A stretch of 58,994 nt of DNA, the filler included, from Jimgerdemannia flammicorona (Eukaryota), in assembly GCA_003990765.1 (NCBI GenBank). It is 2 parts of 2 records of this genome, joined end to end, with 100 filler letters (N's around TTAATTAATTAA, not from the genome) between each part and the next. Parts side by side here need not be neighbours in the genome. Positions count along the whole stretch, not along the records: positions 1 to 29,466 come from RBNJ01000498.1; positions 29,567 to 58,994 come from RBNJ01000499.1. One strand, given 5' to 3'. Positions within the stretch are counted from its first letter, which is position 1. Each line of letters opens with the position of its first letter. Below, piece by piece: positions 24,245 through 37,133 of this stretch. The notes below the pieces were generated by a model. It was not told the origin of the DNA. It saw only the letters and a program-made list of their open reading frames with translations, and searched no databases. A program made the position numbers and the translations under genes.

Positions 24245-25320
24245 CCAAAGTGTCTCCAGTACCAGAATACCGCCCAAACTAGCTCAACCAGATATAAGAA
24301 ATTACCCTGTAAAAAGCCTGAGATAGTATATCTGAAAATGAAGATTTATTATCAAGGAAATCATCATAGCAGGTTATATATACCACTTTATCCACAAGCA
24401 GTATATGTAAGAAGAATTATTGATCAGCATTATTGATCTCTCTCAAATCTGAAACCACATGGATAATAGCTTTAAATGATTCTTATAGAGAATTTTGAAA
24501 ATTTCATAGAGTCTCTTTTACCTATAAAGTGAATATATTAATTAATTTCATGAGTTTCTTTATAAAAATCATTCTTCCAATTAATGATCCTGGTTTATTG
24601 AGAAGCCTTTCAAGAATCCAATGTATCTACCTATTAAGGAATGATATTAAGATATTGTCATAAGTGTGCAAAGAATATTTTCCGATATATGATGTTCTCC
24701 ATCGCCCCTATTAATTGCAAGGTGTTGAAGGTTCAAACATGTGTGTGCTACTGCTTCGAAAACATTGTCGTTGAACAGTTCTGCACATCCTCTAAGATGC
24801 AGGATGTAAAGATTACTCCAACTGCCCCTTATAATATGTGAGAGATCCAGCAAATCAGTTGACCAGACGTTTTCAAGACTTAATTCCCAAAGATTACATG
24901 GAGCAATTGCAGCACCAATGTTTAATGATACTCAGTTCTTGTTGACAATTGGATGGGAATAGGAGGTATTGATGCATTGAAAGGTGTATGAGTGACTTGG
25001 GAAAAGGAGGCAAATCAACGTTGTCATATCATTGTAAATCTCCAAGGAGTCGAAGTATCTGAAGTTGGCTCCAAGGGGTGTATAGGAATAGGTTTTGAAT
25101 GTTCGAAACAATGGATAATTTTCGATGTCCCGAAATCGTATTTCAAGAGACCTCACAAAATCAGTGCACTTAATGGCTTCCATAGAGTTTTGGCTTAACC
25201 ACGATAAGAGCCAGGCCAGAGAAAAATTCGTTGTGGAAGGATGCAGGTACAATTGTTGAAAGAGCAATGGAAGAATGATTTCATTTCATGTCTTGCAAAC
25301 CAGTGAACAGGTTTCTGTCA
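24245..25320 (-). pseudogene. F-box/LRR gene disrupted by the Gypsy insertion; the exon continues at ~7225-7315
   Basis: Reads TCSLVCKT*NEIILPLLF, then LRR-like LYILHLRGC..FEAVAHTCLNLQHLAI. Joining across the TSD gives the open frame LETLWVRTQKVYEFGHILP...NH followed by GTAAGT. Confidence 0.65.
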
Positions 25321-25324
25321 TCAG

Positions 25325-25530
25325 ATCGCAGAATTAGCAAATGTCAAGCAACTCAAGTCTGTGTAAAGTTATAATGTACAATTCCTATCAATTTTACTTG
25401 AACTACCAGCAATAGCTGAAGATGAGAAGATAGACAGCTACATCTGAGGCCTGAAAGGAAACACATGAGTCAAGGTTGAGCTAGAAGAGCCCCAGACCCT
25501 TGATGAAGCCATGAGAATTATTGACTGGAG
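25325..25530 (+). mobile_element. Isolated Ty3/Gypsy gag fragment
   Basis: ELANVKQLKSV*SYNVQF...EKIDSYI*GLKG...ELEEPQTLDEAMRI matches the retrotransposon capsid pattern. Confidence 0.65.
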
Positions 25531-25834
25531 AGCATTGTGATAACTGTGAAATCAGCCTTGCCAGTAAAAAATTGTGGCGAGAAGGAATCGATAAGGTAGG
25601 GAGGAGGAAAAAATCTGCAAATAGCAGTGGAAGGATGTTTTCGTGCCAAGCTCTGCAAGTCAACAAACATGCAAAAAGGTCTGGATTTGCAATCTGGTAA
25701 TAAAAGAAATTAACGTCATTCACTAGCAGTTCCAAGAAAACAAGAATCCATATTTCAATTGGGAGTGATGGGTGGGGTGAGGTGGGGAATGGTGGGTGGG
25801 AAGTAGGTAGATGTGAGTTGCGTGAGTTGTCCAT
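25481..25834 (-). pseudogene. F-box N-terminal fragment truncated by the gag fragment
   Basis: SLPIEIWILVF...LFACLLTCRAWHENILPLLF; paralogous to the F-box segment at 25260-25320. Confidence 0.6.
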
Positions 25835-27284
25835 CGGCTCGGTCCCGGTGCATTGGTTGAGGCTCCGGTGGGAAAGGAGAGGTGCTGGATAGTAAATAAA
25901 CCACGATAAGCTCGATTGCTTTACTTACCGACAAATACGATCATTCATGGATCACAGATCAACATGAATCAAGTGCTGTATCACGGCTATGACGGCAGGG
26001 AAGGATAGTATCATATTCACCCCGTATCCTACCCACAATACCTTGAAACACCTCAATAAATCCCGTCCATTTAGCTCTCTCATTTTCGACACTATTTTGG
26101 GCTCTTCAATGCACGACAATGCTAAGCACGGTTTTAGGCCGATGCAGCTGGCGCGTGTAGTGAAAATTAGGCTGAGAATCTTCCCAGTACCTTTTTTTTG
26201 TCACTGACACGCTTGCAGTTTGGTTTCCCATAATTCGGTTAACTGACTCATTGTGGAGTCTATTTCACCCTCGCTCATCTCGTCGGTAAACAGCGAACGT
26301 TTAATGTATTCATATATGTATTACGCACTAGTTCAGTGGAACGCATCTGGCCACACTCTGGATGACGGCTGTGGGAGGTTGTTGGCTGATCACCGATTGG
26401 AAATGTTGGATTTCCATCAACATTTTCATCTCATTGCGTGAACTGGTTGCACAACCCATCCTATCCTCAATATGAACCTAGGAGTATCGATGCCACCAAT
26501 CCCTTCGCCTATTACATCACAGAGGCGGAATTTCAGACAGGTGTCCAAATAACGTGTTTTTTATAATGGTAATTGAAGAGATCAAACAATAATTCTGCAC
26601 TGGAAAAGTGGGGGACCACAAAGCCTTCCCTGCTAGCTGAGATTTATATTCAATTATCATACAAACATATAAAATGTTTAGGATATCAGTTGACAGACTA
26701 AGAAAAAAAATACATTGATGTTTGAACATTGTAATTAGAATTATGGCTAGCCTCAGCCATAGATTCCGCAACCTCCCTATTTCCAGAAAAAAAAAAAAAA
26801 AAAAAAAAATCTTGTGTAATATATATCTAAACGACGATTCCTACTCAGACCTTTTATCTACGATTTCCTACTGGTTTTTTTAGATGGCTTGACTTGAACG
26901 ACCAATGGGCTTTGCAATCCAACCAAGTTCCTCTCCAATAAAGATGTGGCAATTATCTCCGACCTTCTGTAACATCAAGTCTGTTATCCCCGACCTGATG
27001 AGCAATGCCAAACCTTGGCTGAATCGCTTCCGCACGGAAGTCAAATTAGGCAGAGGTGTCAGATATATTCTGCGCGTTTACCAGACTCTCAATTTCACTA
27101 CGAACCATAACAAACCACAACAAACCATAAACAACAACCACAAGGTGCTGTAAATCAACAAAATTTGACACATTTGAAGTATTGGCGAGAGTCTAACACA
27201 TCTTCCTTCATAACAGATGAAGTACAACAGACAAAATTGTCATAAGGCAACCCATTATGCAGAGCAACTCCTCTCAATGGATTC

Positions 27285-27722
27285 TGAGCTAGGAGGATTT
27301 GAGATCTCAACTAGTGGGAGGTGTCAGCAATGGGTGGCTCACTGTAGGGTGGGTTTTAGCAGTATGGGTAGGGTTGGCTGGACATTGGCTCTTTGTTTTT
27401 GAGAAAGAACAACAGATAGGTGTGCAGGAGAAGTTGTTAAGGTGGGAGGGGTTGTTGGGTGATCTGCTGACTGGGTGGTGGATTGATTGGGGTCCCCAAG
27501 GTGGGCAACATTGCCATCTGGTAGAAGGGATCTGTGAACAGAGTGATGGGCAGATAGAGATGGTGTTTGACAAAGTAGTCTTTCATCAAGAGAGAGTGAG
27601 GGGGGGGCCCCTAGGGGGATTGGATAGGGTGAGCTTTGTGTATTATATAGAGGATAAATAGGTGTACTAATAAAGAAAGGAGTCTGAGTGACTATAAAAA
27701 AAAAAAAAAAAAAAAAAAAAAA
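27285..27722 (+). mobile_element. Short 5'-truncated LINE with polyA tail
   Basis: ORF2 C-terminus LVGGVSNGWLTVGWVLAVWVG, AATAAA, a long polyA, and TSD TCAATGGATTC at 27274-27284 and 27723-27733. Confidence 0.9.
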
Positions 27723-27794
27723 TCAATGGATTCCAAAGAGTTATCAGATCAAGAAGTTATTGAGGAATACAAATTATTTTGTATCAAGAGGTGA

Positions 27795-29466
27795 TGATAA
27801 GTCTTGAGATAGCTCCTGGAAAGAATAGCTTATCTTGGGATTTCTGGAAGAGAATAGTGGACATTGAGTTGATTTTGGAGGAGATAACATAGATATATGA
27901 TGAGATTATCAGCTTGGGGGCTCTTAGGTCTTGTGGCTCTATTGTACAAGAACAAGAGAAGAAGAGAGAAGTAGAAAAACTAAAGACTGATCATACTTCT
28001 AGATATAGATCATAAGTTGGTTATAAAGATATTAATAGCTAGACTATAGAGAGTAACTCAGTGAGTACTGGGGGAGGAGTAGCAGGACTTTGTTAGTAGC
28101 TATCTGATAAGAGATGAGATAGCATAAGTATATAATATTATTAAGAGAGCACATACTGCAGGAGTAGATAGTTATCTGGTATTTCTAGACCAGGGGAAGG
28201 CTTATGACAGAATCTGGTAAGTATGACTAAAGGAGTACTGAGGCATATTGGGGTTTCTTTAGGATTTTAGTAGTCTTTGGTCAAGCTATTGGAGAAAAGT
28301 CAGACAGCTATTCTGATAAATAAGTATAGAGAGATTTTATTTCCTCTGGATAGAGAAGTACTATAGAGAGATCTATTATTACTGATCTTTTATACTATCT
28401 TCTTAGAGCCTCTACTGGATAGGATTTGGTATAAGGTAGGGAGATTGAACATTCTTGGAGTGAATTAGAAGATGAGGGCCTTTGCTGATAATATAGTGGT
28501 TGGACTAGGCTCAGTGAAGAATGTGGTAGTACTGAAGAGAGCTGTAGAATAGTATAAAGAGTGCTCAGATACTAAGATTAACTAGTACAAGTACAAGAAT
28601 ATGATATTGAGTAGTAGAATAGTAGGTAGAAATATGATTGGAATAGTTGTTTCAGCAGAAGAAATAGTGTATTATTTGGAGATCTACTTTTTAGTATATA
28701 GTTCTCTATTATCTAGAGGATGATGAGAGCAGTGGCTGATAGAGTAAGAGAATATACTCCTAGAGTAGAGAGGCTGATATATCTCTCTGACAGAAAGGGT
28801 GATAGTATTGAATATATATTAGATGGTAAAGTTGTGATATCTAGAGTATTACTAGACTTCCTGATATGAATAATTAAGAGATTATTGAAGATAGCCAAAA
28901 TCTGGATATAAGCTAAATAGTAGAGTCAGATTAGTTGAGAGATTTTGACACTACCAGTAGACTAGGAGAGGTTAGATCTGGTGGACTTTACCAAGTACCT
29001 ATACTGCTTGAGAGCATAGTAACTGAAGTGAGCTAGCAAGTTAAAGGGATATAAGTAGGTGCCTCTAATATAGTAGATATAGGAGATGTAATTCTCTTCC
29101 CATAATATATCTGGTGACTTGCTTTCTCTAGTAGTATTGAAGAGGAGTCAGAGCGTGGTGGAGGTTCTTGAGGGGGAATGTGATGCTGAACTACCAGTCA
29201 GGGCACTTAGTGCCTGATGGTATGTTTGAGTGTGAGAAATGTTTGAATGTAGGTCAGGAGGGGGGAGTGGTGCAGACGCCTGAACATTGGCTGGGGGAGT
29301 GTGTAGTAATGGGGGACTTTTGGAACATTATTGCTAGTCGGTTGGGCCTACGGCCTTTATTGGAAGGGGAGGGAGGGAGATGGGGGTACTTTAGGCGGAG
29401 GTTAGTGGGTGGGGTAGGGGATGAATGGTTGACCCTAGGTTGGGCCCTGGCAATCTGGGTAGGGAT
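27795..29466 (+). mobile_element. LINE ORF2 remnants: a heavily mutated RT part to ~29150 joined to a less mutated C-terminal part
   Basis: LDQGKAYD and FADN with many TAG stops, then CEKC...QTPEHWLGEC with some CpG retained. Confidence 0.85.
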
Positions 29467-29566
29467 NNNNNNNNNNNNNNNNNNNNNNNNNNNNNNNNNN
29501 NNNNNNNNNNTTAATTAATTAANNNNNNNNNNNNNNNNNNNNNNNNNNNNNNNNNNNNNNNNNNNN
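29467..29566. other. Assembly gap with an artificial six-frame-stop spacer
   Basis: N-run, TTAATTAATTAA, N-run; 100 nt in total. Confidence 0.95.
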
Positions 29567-29579
29567 AAAAAAAAAAAAA

Positions 29580-32025
29580 AAGATACTGATCTGTTCTTGC
29601 TATAAGATATAAGATGTAAGAATGAGTCTAATATAGAGAAAGAGAATATTATAGATACTGGATATTAGAGTAGAAGAGTGATGTGAGAAACTTAGAGGAG
29701 GTAGAGTTGGGAACTGATAGTAGTTAGTTTATACTACTGTTCAGTAGAGAGAGAGGCTAGGATAGAGTGACTAAGCTAATTAAAGAACTCTGACATTCTG
29801 ATAGTAGCTGGGGTAGACTACTTAGGGAGAGACTTTAACATAGTCTATGATAGCAAAGAGGATAGAACAGATGGTGGGAGAGAGATAACAGATTGAAGTA
29901 GTGACTGAACTACTGGAAGGAGATTAAACAACTTAGCTCTCTGGTAGATAGAGGTAGGTAGTAGTGAGGTGAATGTCAGATCTATACTTACTAGGAAGAT
30001 AGACTTGGCTCTAGGATTAACTAGATCCTAACAGCTGAATGCTAGGGAGAGGATATCTGAAAAGCACTAGAGATTGAATAGTGTCTATAGTCAGATTACT
30101 AAGAATTGTTAGAAAGTAGAAGATTTGGAAGAGTAGAAACAAGTCTGGACATTAGTGACTAAACTCTTTATTATTAGAGGAAGACATCTTGTAGAACTCT
30201 TAGATGATTAATATAGAGACTAGAATTAGAGATTGGAAGAAGAGGGGTCTGAAGATTGGATATTAGTAGCAGAGACTGAAGTCAGAGACTCAGAGATTTT
30301 GGAGAGGCAGAGAGATTCCAGAGCAGGTAACAAAAGAGATACATATATTTATTGGGTGTCACAGAGGTTGGAAAGGCTTCTAAAAGAGTAGGCTGGTCTG
30401 TTAGAGAATAGTGAGTTAGAGGACTGGAGAACTCAGTATGCCCAGGTAGAAGTGAAGAAGCTACAGAATCTTTTATATGTAAAGAAAGAGATAATAGTAT
30501 AGGACATAGTGGCCAGATTGAGGTGGTAGCCTGGAGAAAGAAGAATGACTGACAAAGTTTCTGTCAAGGCTCCTCTATGTAAGAAGAGTGAGACAGTATT
30601 GAGAAGAAATATTGGATGAGAAGAGATAGATATTAATAGAGATGCAAGATATGTATCTTAGATCAGCTAGGTTAGAGGTGGAGTCTACTATAGAGTAAAG
30701 AGGAGAGGAGAGAGAATATACAGACTATTGAGCATTATCTGGAGGACTAGCACTCTGACTCAGTAGTAGAGTTAGGGGAGCTAGAGTGGCCAGTACAAGG
30801 AAGAGAGATTTTCAAGATTCTAGTAAAGACTAAGATGGAAATGGCTTCTGAGAAGAATGGTTTGCCTTAGGACTTCTGGAAGAAGATGGCTAAGGTAGAA
30901 GTAGTATTGGAGAAAATGTTCAGATATATGATACAGTTATTAGTAATAATAAGTAGATTGGAGAACAGAGTCTGAGTCTGATAATACTGTTGTTTAAAGA
31001 TAAGGAAAGATAAAATAAATGAAAGAACTAGAGGCCAATAATACTTCTAAATATAGACTACAAGTTAGTTATCAAGATCATAGTTGCTCACTTGTAAGAG
31101 ATAGTTCAGAGAATTCTGAGTGAGAAATAGTAGAGTTTTATAAAGAGTAGACTAATATATAATAAGACAGTATAGATATATAGTATTATTGAAGAAGCTT
31201 GAGCTGTAAGAGTAGATGAGAGACTGGTATTTCTAGATCAATAGAAGACATATGTATAACAGAGTATATAGAGTATAGTTGAAGGGAGTTCTGAAGTACA
31301 TTAGTATTCCTCTGAGCTTTTAATATATACTGATAAGTCTATTGGAAATAAGTAAGACAGTTATTATAGTAAATGATTATAGAGAAGTTTATTTTCCTTA
31401 GGTAGAGGAGTGCTACAAGGTGATCTATTATTACCAATTCTTTATATTCTATCCTTGGAGCCTTTATTAGATCATATTTAGTACTATATAGAGAGTTTGA
31501 TAATTTTGAGGGTGAATTGAAAAATTGGTACCTTTGCTGATAATATAGTGGTTAGACTGGACTCTATAGCAGATGTGGTGATCTTGAAAAAAGCTGTAAA
31601 ATAGTATATATAAGAGGTACTTAGAGGCTAAGCTCAATTAGAATAAGTATAAGATTCTGATACTTAGTAGAAATATAGTGAGTGGAGATATCATTTGATT
31701 AATTGTCTCAGCTGAGGAGGCAGTCTAGTATCTGGGAATATATTTCTTAGTCTATGGCTCATTACTGCCTAGAGATTGGTAGAAGAGAAAGCTGGAGGAG
31801 TGAGAGAGAGCTTTATAGACTAGAGTAGCAGATATATCTCACTGACTAGGAGGGTTATGATTCTAAATATTTACTGGATATCTAAGCTGTAGTACATATC
31901 TTAGTTATCATCTGAACTTTCTGACATAGGTAGTGAAGTAACTCTTGAAGATAGTCTGCTCTTAGATCTAGGCTGACAGATAGAGTCGAGTGAACTGAGA
32001 GATACTAGTACTACTAGTAGACCAA
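29580..32025 (+). mobile_element. Heavily mutated LINE ORF2 (APE and RT)
   Basis: Contains GDFN, VLQGDLL and FADN; colinear with ~16760-19250. Trp codons are often converted to TAG. Confidence 0.85.
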
Positions 32026-32343
32026 TATAATTAAATTACATCCCAATATTATAAAGAATGATATCATCAAGCTGACATTATTGGATTCATATCACTAGCA
32101 AAGTTACATGCTAAAAAAACTAAGAATATTAGTGAGATTATAATAATTTTGTACTAATTTCAGCTCTCTTCAATCAGTGATATCATAGTAATCACACTAG
32201 TCTCTATACTAGTTTAGTATATACTCACACTGATATCACTATGAATATACCTCAGAAATAGACTAAGAATGCTAAAAATAGTATGAGACTAAATTAGTCT
32301 ATAGCTACATTGATGTTATAAGCTAAAATAGTCTATGATATAT

Positions 32344-34405
32344 TGTAAGCGCATGATCTCTAAGCCACCGAAATTACACGTCACCCTCTGAACAAGCCAC
32401 TGAAATCTCACATGACCTCCGAACAAATCTGGAAATCACCTGCTTGATCATGAAGCTGAGTCAAACCGAAGTCACAGTGCATAAAGCTGAGTCAATACAA
32501 AGTCATAGAATACAAGATCTACACAAACAGAATCTTACCAATCAGGATCAAATGCATATATACCGAGCACCAAGATGCATCAATTTAGAGAACAAACACA
32601 CAAACAACAACCACAACTTCTAAACACACAAACATGACCACCGAGATCTATACCCACATCTGTACTGATATTTGGAATGCCATTGTCAACCGAGCTACAC
32701 CCCCTCTGCCCCTCATGAATATCCATAGCCTAGCACCCCTCTACTTCATGGAAGCCTGTTGGAATGCTCTGAACATGCTTAGCGAGGCCCACTGAATCAG
32801 ACAAATCTCAAGCTACTACCAGATCAGTCACCTCCTGGAAGACATGGTCAAACACCACCATGATACAGACATCACCCAGATGTCTCAACACCAGAAGCTC
32901 ATTGCCCGCAAACATCGAGAACTTTTCTATGAGTACAGTACCATTATTCTCCACCTCCGAGTTACCACCAGTGAAATGGTTGCTACCCTGTCCTACGGCC
33001 AAATTGATGACATGATACAAGAACTCAACCACAAGTACCTTGAGTACATTGAAACCACAGACAGAACCTTCCCACACCCCAATGACCATATCCTGCAAAT
33101 GCCTCAAGTTGGATACGCCATGAAGGATATCTACAATATAATCCACTTCGATGAAGACGAAGCAGAAGACAATGATTCCTCTGATGCTAATATGACTCTA
33201 GCCAAGGATCTCTGCCAACCCTGATCACTCCGCCAACCTTGCCGATGAACTTACAACAGTTCATAACTACATACGAGACTTATTGGGATAATGACCACTG
33301 GCACGAATACCAACCTGCGTTCACCCCTGATTACTTCAACTACAATGAAGAGACCGGAGAACACAACCTGTACCTCCAGACAACCCTCGAGATTAAACCA
33401 ACCACTCCACCACCTGAGTACGAGTGACATGAACCACAGCCACCAGCTTACTACAATTCTGCAACTCATAGTGCTGTAACCTATAGAAGGTATGCAGACA
33501 GTGAATCCAATAAAGCGAAGATGATACACCCATCCTTCGTCCACCAATACCTTATCCAGCCTATGAGACAGACGATACTATCCTGTGGGATGGAGATGAA
33601 GTTCCAATGTATTATTATCTCAGCAAACAAGGAGAAGTAATCTGCGAACCACTCTTTCTGGACGACTACTTCATCAGAGATGATGCAATTGATGGTGATG
33701 TCATCGAGGACTACCCAGACAGTACCTAAACCCATAAATAGCCTAGCAGTCATAGTATAGTCAGATTAGCTTTGTACGACATGACTGTGAACTGACTCAG
33801 CAGTCAGACGATCTCTTGACATGTCAGATCACACTTGTACTACATGACTGCATTCCGACTCAGCAAAGCACTTAGTGCTACATCCATATTCAGCATAGCC
33901 CAGATAGCTCCTCACTAGTATAAATACCCCCTCCCCCAGACCTCAGAATCTTAGACTCAAACACACAAGAACATTCCTAAATACTTCCCCACAATATCCC
34001 TTCACACAACTACTCCTAGTATAGCAATATCATGAATAGTGAATAAACCTATTTAATAACCCACAAACCACTCTTAAGTAAATCCACTCCCTGTTAGGTC
34101 CTACTCCTAACTCCCTCATGAAACTTCCTAATTGGGTATTGTCTGCAGCGATACACCAATTCAACTAAGCTGGTCTTAGTTTCTTGAACTTCCTGAAATA
34201 CGGAAAATCCTGAACATCCAGAACTAGTCCGAAAAAGGACTTTGGTTGAGACGTCAATCCAATCTTGAAATCAATAAGCATAGAGGACGTACTCCATATG
34301 AAATTGATCTTGACCATAAGAAAACGGTCTTCCAGAATATCCAGAACTCCCAGAAAACCTTTCCAGAACTACATAATAGTTACCATAAAAAGCAACCCTC
34401 TTACA
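32344..34405 (+). mobile_element. 2,062-bp solo-LTR-like element carrying an internal ORF cassette
   Basis: Termini TGTAAG...CTTACA with a 5-bp TSD TATAT (32339-32343 / 34406-34410). TATA boxes at 32557 and 33919, AATAAA at 34042. Composition differs sharply from the flanks. Confidence 0.7.
32634..33729 (+). pseudogene. Two tandem ORFs of unknown function inside the solo-LTR-like element
   Basis: ORF-A runs from ATG 32634 to TGA 33246-33248 with internal TGAs at 32793 and 33222. ORF-B runs from ATG 33245 to TAA 33727-33729 with an internal TGA at 33425 and a 1-nt shift near 33512. Confidence 0.55.
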
Positions 34406-37133
34406 TATATATTATAGAAACTAGAGTATATTGAAATTAGTCATTGATATCATTAGCTCTCTGATGTCAAAAGCTAGTAAGATCTTCAAGACCAGTGACT
34501 TCATGAGCTAAACTAGACTATGATAAGTTATAAAATCATAGTTGCTATATACTAAAATAGTTTGTTTGGTAAATAAATAAAAAGCCAGCAAATTAGCTCT
34601 GAGAAAATAATCAACTAAACAATTACCATATAAACTCAAAGATACTCCACAAAAACAAAAACTAAACATAAATAAATCATGTCTTCTTCTTCTAAATATA
34701 TCTATGAAGTCTTCTGAGAAGTAGTCTTTGATCATCAGCACTAGTATCACTAGGAACATATTGATCTTGATACTTATAATATAGAGTAATTTTTTAAAAC
34801 TATTGATGAAATTGCTACTAGAATATAGTTAGTCATAAGATACTTCTAAATATTAAGAAACTATCAAGCTGGTAGACTCTTAGTAAGGAGTAGTATGATT
34901 TTATCAGAGATGGTAGATGAATACAATATCTCTATTTTCAGATAGTATATTTTGATCTACTCTTACCAATTACTCTGAAAAATATTCTATGCTATTAGTA
35001 GTATAAGAGAAGTAACTCCTGCAGAAATTGGTAGTCTTGATGACTAATTAACAAGTCAAATTAAACTAGATCTCATAAATGACTTTAATCTATAAGAGTA
35101 TTATAATGATGATATCTGGTCTTATAAAAATAATATCTTCAATAGACTCATTGGTCTATTCCAAGCACTTATTTCTTAGATTCAAATACTTATAAATACA
35201 TATCTGGCTATAGAGATTTCCTATACTAGCTAATATGAGACTAGTCTCACCAGTATCATATCATCTGACTTTAAGACTCTAGGAGAGGTCTTAACTCCTT
35301 TTACAGAGATCTGTTATTATCATATGATGTAATGAAATACTACATCATAAGTTTCAGTTGAAATTCAGAATAATTACTTTATAGTTTATGTGTAGAAATA
35401 ACACTATTATGGTATAACTTTTATATTATTTCTAGTAACTTTTTATTTTATACTTTTTAGCCAATAGTTAGTCAATGTTAAAAGACCTTCAAAATGTATA
35501 AATATCCCCAGATAAATAACTCAAGAACTTAGAGAATTCACAGAATATTGAATATAAGAACAATTAAGACTTAAGTCTATAATATATAGATAAGTCTCAG
35601 AATAATTTCTAATAGAAAGACTATATCTAAAATTAGATATCCTGAACTCTATAAATACTTGAATCCTGAAGAATTTAAATATAATTCTCAAAACTAGACT
35701 ATATCTAAAAAGGATTTACTAAAGAACTTAGACTTTAAAGAATTAAAGTTCATAATTGCTAAATTATTATTCAAATCTACCAGAAGGAAACTAAATCAAT
35801 TAAAAGTACAATAGATAGTACTTAGGCATTAAGACAGCCACTTTCTCAAGTTACAAACATCTAACATAAGTATCTTTAAGTTATTAATATTAAGAATTAT
35901 TAACTTAAAGAGTATAATTACTATCTCCAGGCTCTGAGATTGAGATATAGCTATCTTGCTCTAGTAGAGAGCTCTCAGAGATAATTAATTTCTCTTTTTC
36001 CAGTAGGGTCTAGGGCTTCTATGAAGTTGATGGTATCTTCAACTCATTCTTGACAAGTTTGATATCTAATGAGAGCTAGAATATTATCTCTTAGATTATA
36101 GATCTTAAGAATCTTCTTTTTTGGTTTTTTGATTTAATTCTTTTAGATCTGAGCTCTATTATCTCTCTTCTTCAGTATGTATATAATAATATCTTGGCTG
36201 AGGTGAATCTTCTAATGTTAGCAGTCTCTATAGTCTAAATGTTTTCTATTATTATAATATCTCATTGCTCAAAAATATAGTTCCTGTTTATTGATTTCTT
36301 ACTGCCTTGGAAATTAGTATTCATCTTTATTATAGGTTAGGAGAAGGGTGGCTAGAGGTTGTACCTCTGTTTGGATAAAGAGGTTTTGTTTATTGGCTTA
36401 TCTTTTCAATATTGTGATTTTTTCTTAAAAGGTAGTAGACTATGCAATTATAGTTAGAGATTCTGATCTATAATTTCTTTATTTTTCTTGCTGATCCAAC
36501 AGATAGCACTAGTTGGAGAGAATAGAAGACTTATTAATGCTGACATCTCTCTAGTCTAAAGACTCTCTTTTGATAGATTTCATATCTTTAGATAATAGTA
36601 ACTATACTTGGGCCTTCTTCAAGATTCTAGGGATCATTATCTTCTGGTAGTATCTAGTAAAGATTATCTTAGAGAATGAGTTTAGAGAGTTTTTCTTATT
36701 TGGGAACTTCTTGTTCAGGGGTTTCTTCTTCAGATATTTCTTGATCCCAAATTGCTTATACTTTTGTAGCTTCAGTTATAGATAACTTTAGGATATAGTT
36801 GTATTTCTTCTTTCTTTTTCTACACTCTGAGCAAGCTATACATATCAGGTGAATTCCTTTTTTCAATGATCTTAGAAGAGTGTTCAGAGCACTTGTATCT
36901 TTTGAGACAGGTGGAATATCCTTAGATTTGTTCTACTATTGCTCTAATTATGATAGAGATAGTGTTTTTGGTCCATATATTATCTTCTGGCCTGTCATCT
37001 ACTATAATGATTTATAGATTAAGTCAGAGGTCATTTTTATCTTTAGATTCTTCTTTTTCTTCTGTTGTAAATTCTTTACTACTAATAGACTCTTTCTAGA
37101 TAATGGCTTTCTTCTTATTTATTTATTTATTTA

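Noticed and set aside
29467..29566. TTAATTAATTAA palindrome between N-runs
   Set aside because: This is a standard artificial contig-joining spacer; adjacency across it is not guaranteed.
32793..33427. In-frame TGA codons as selenocysteine or recoding
   Set aside because: CGA>TGA deamination, the dominant local mutation, explains them better; I saw no redox motif or SECIS.
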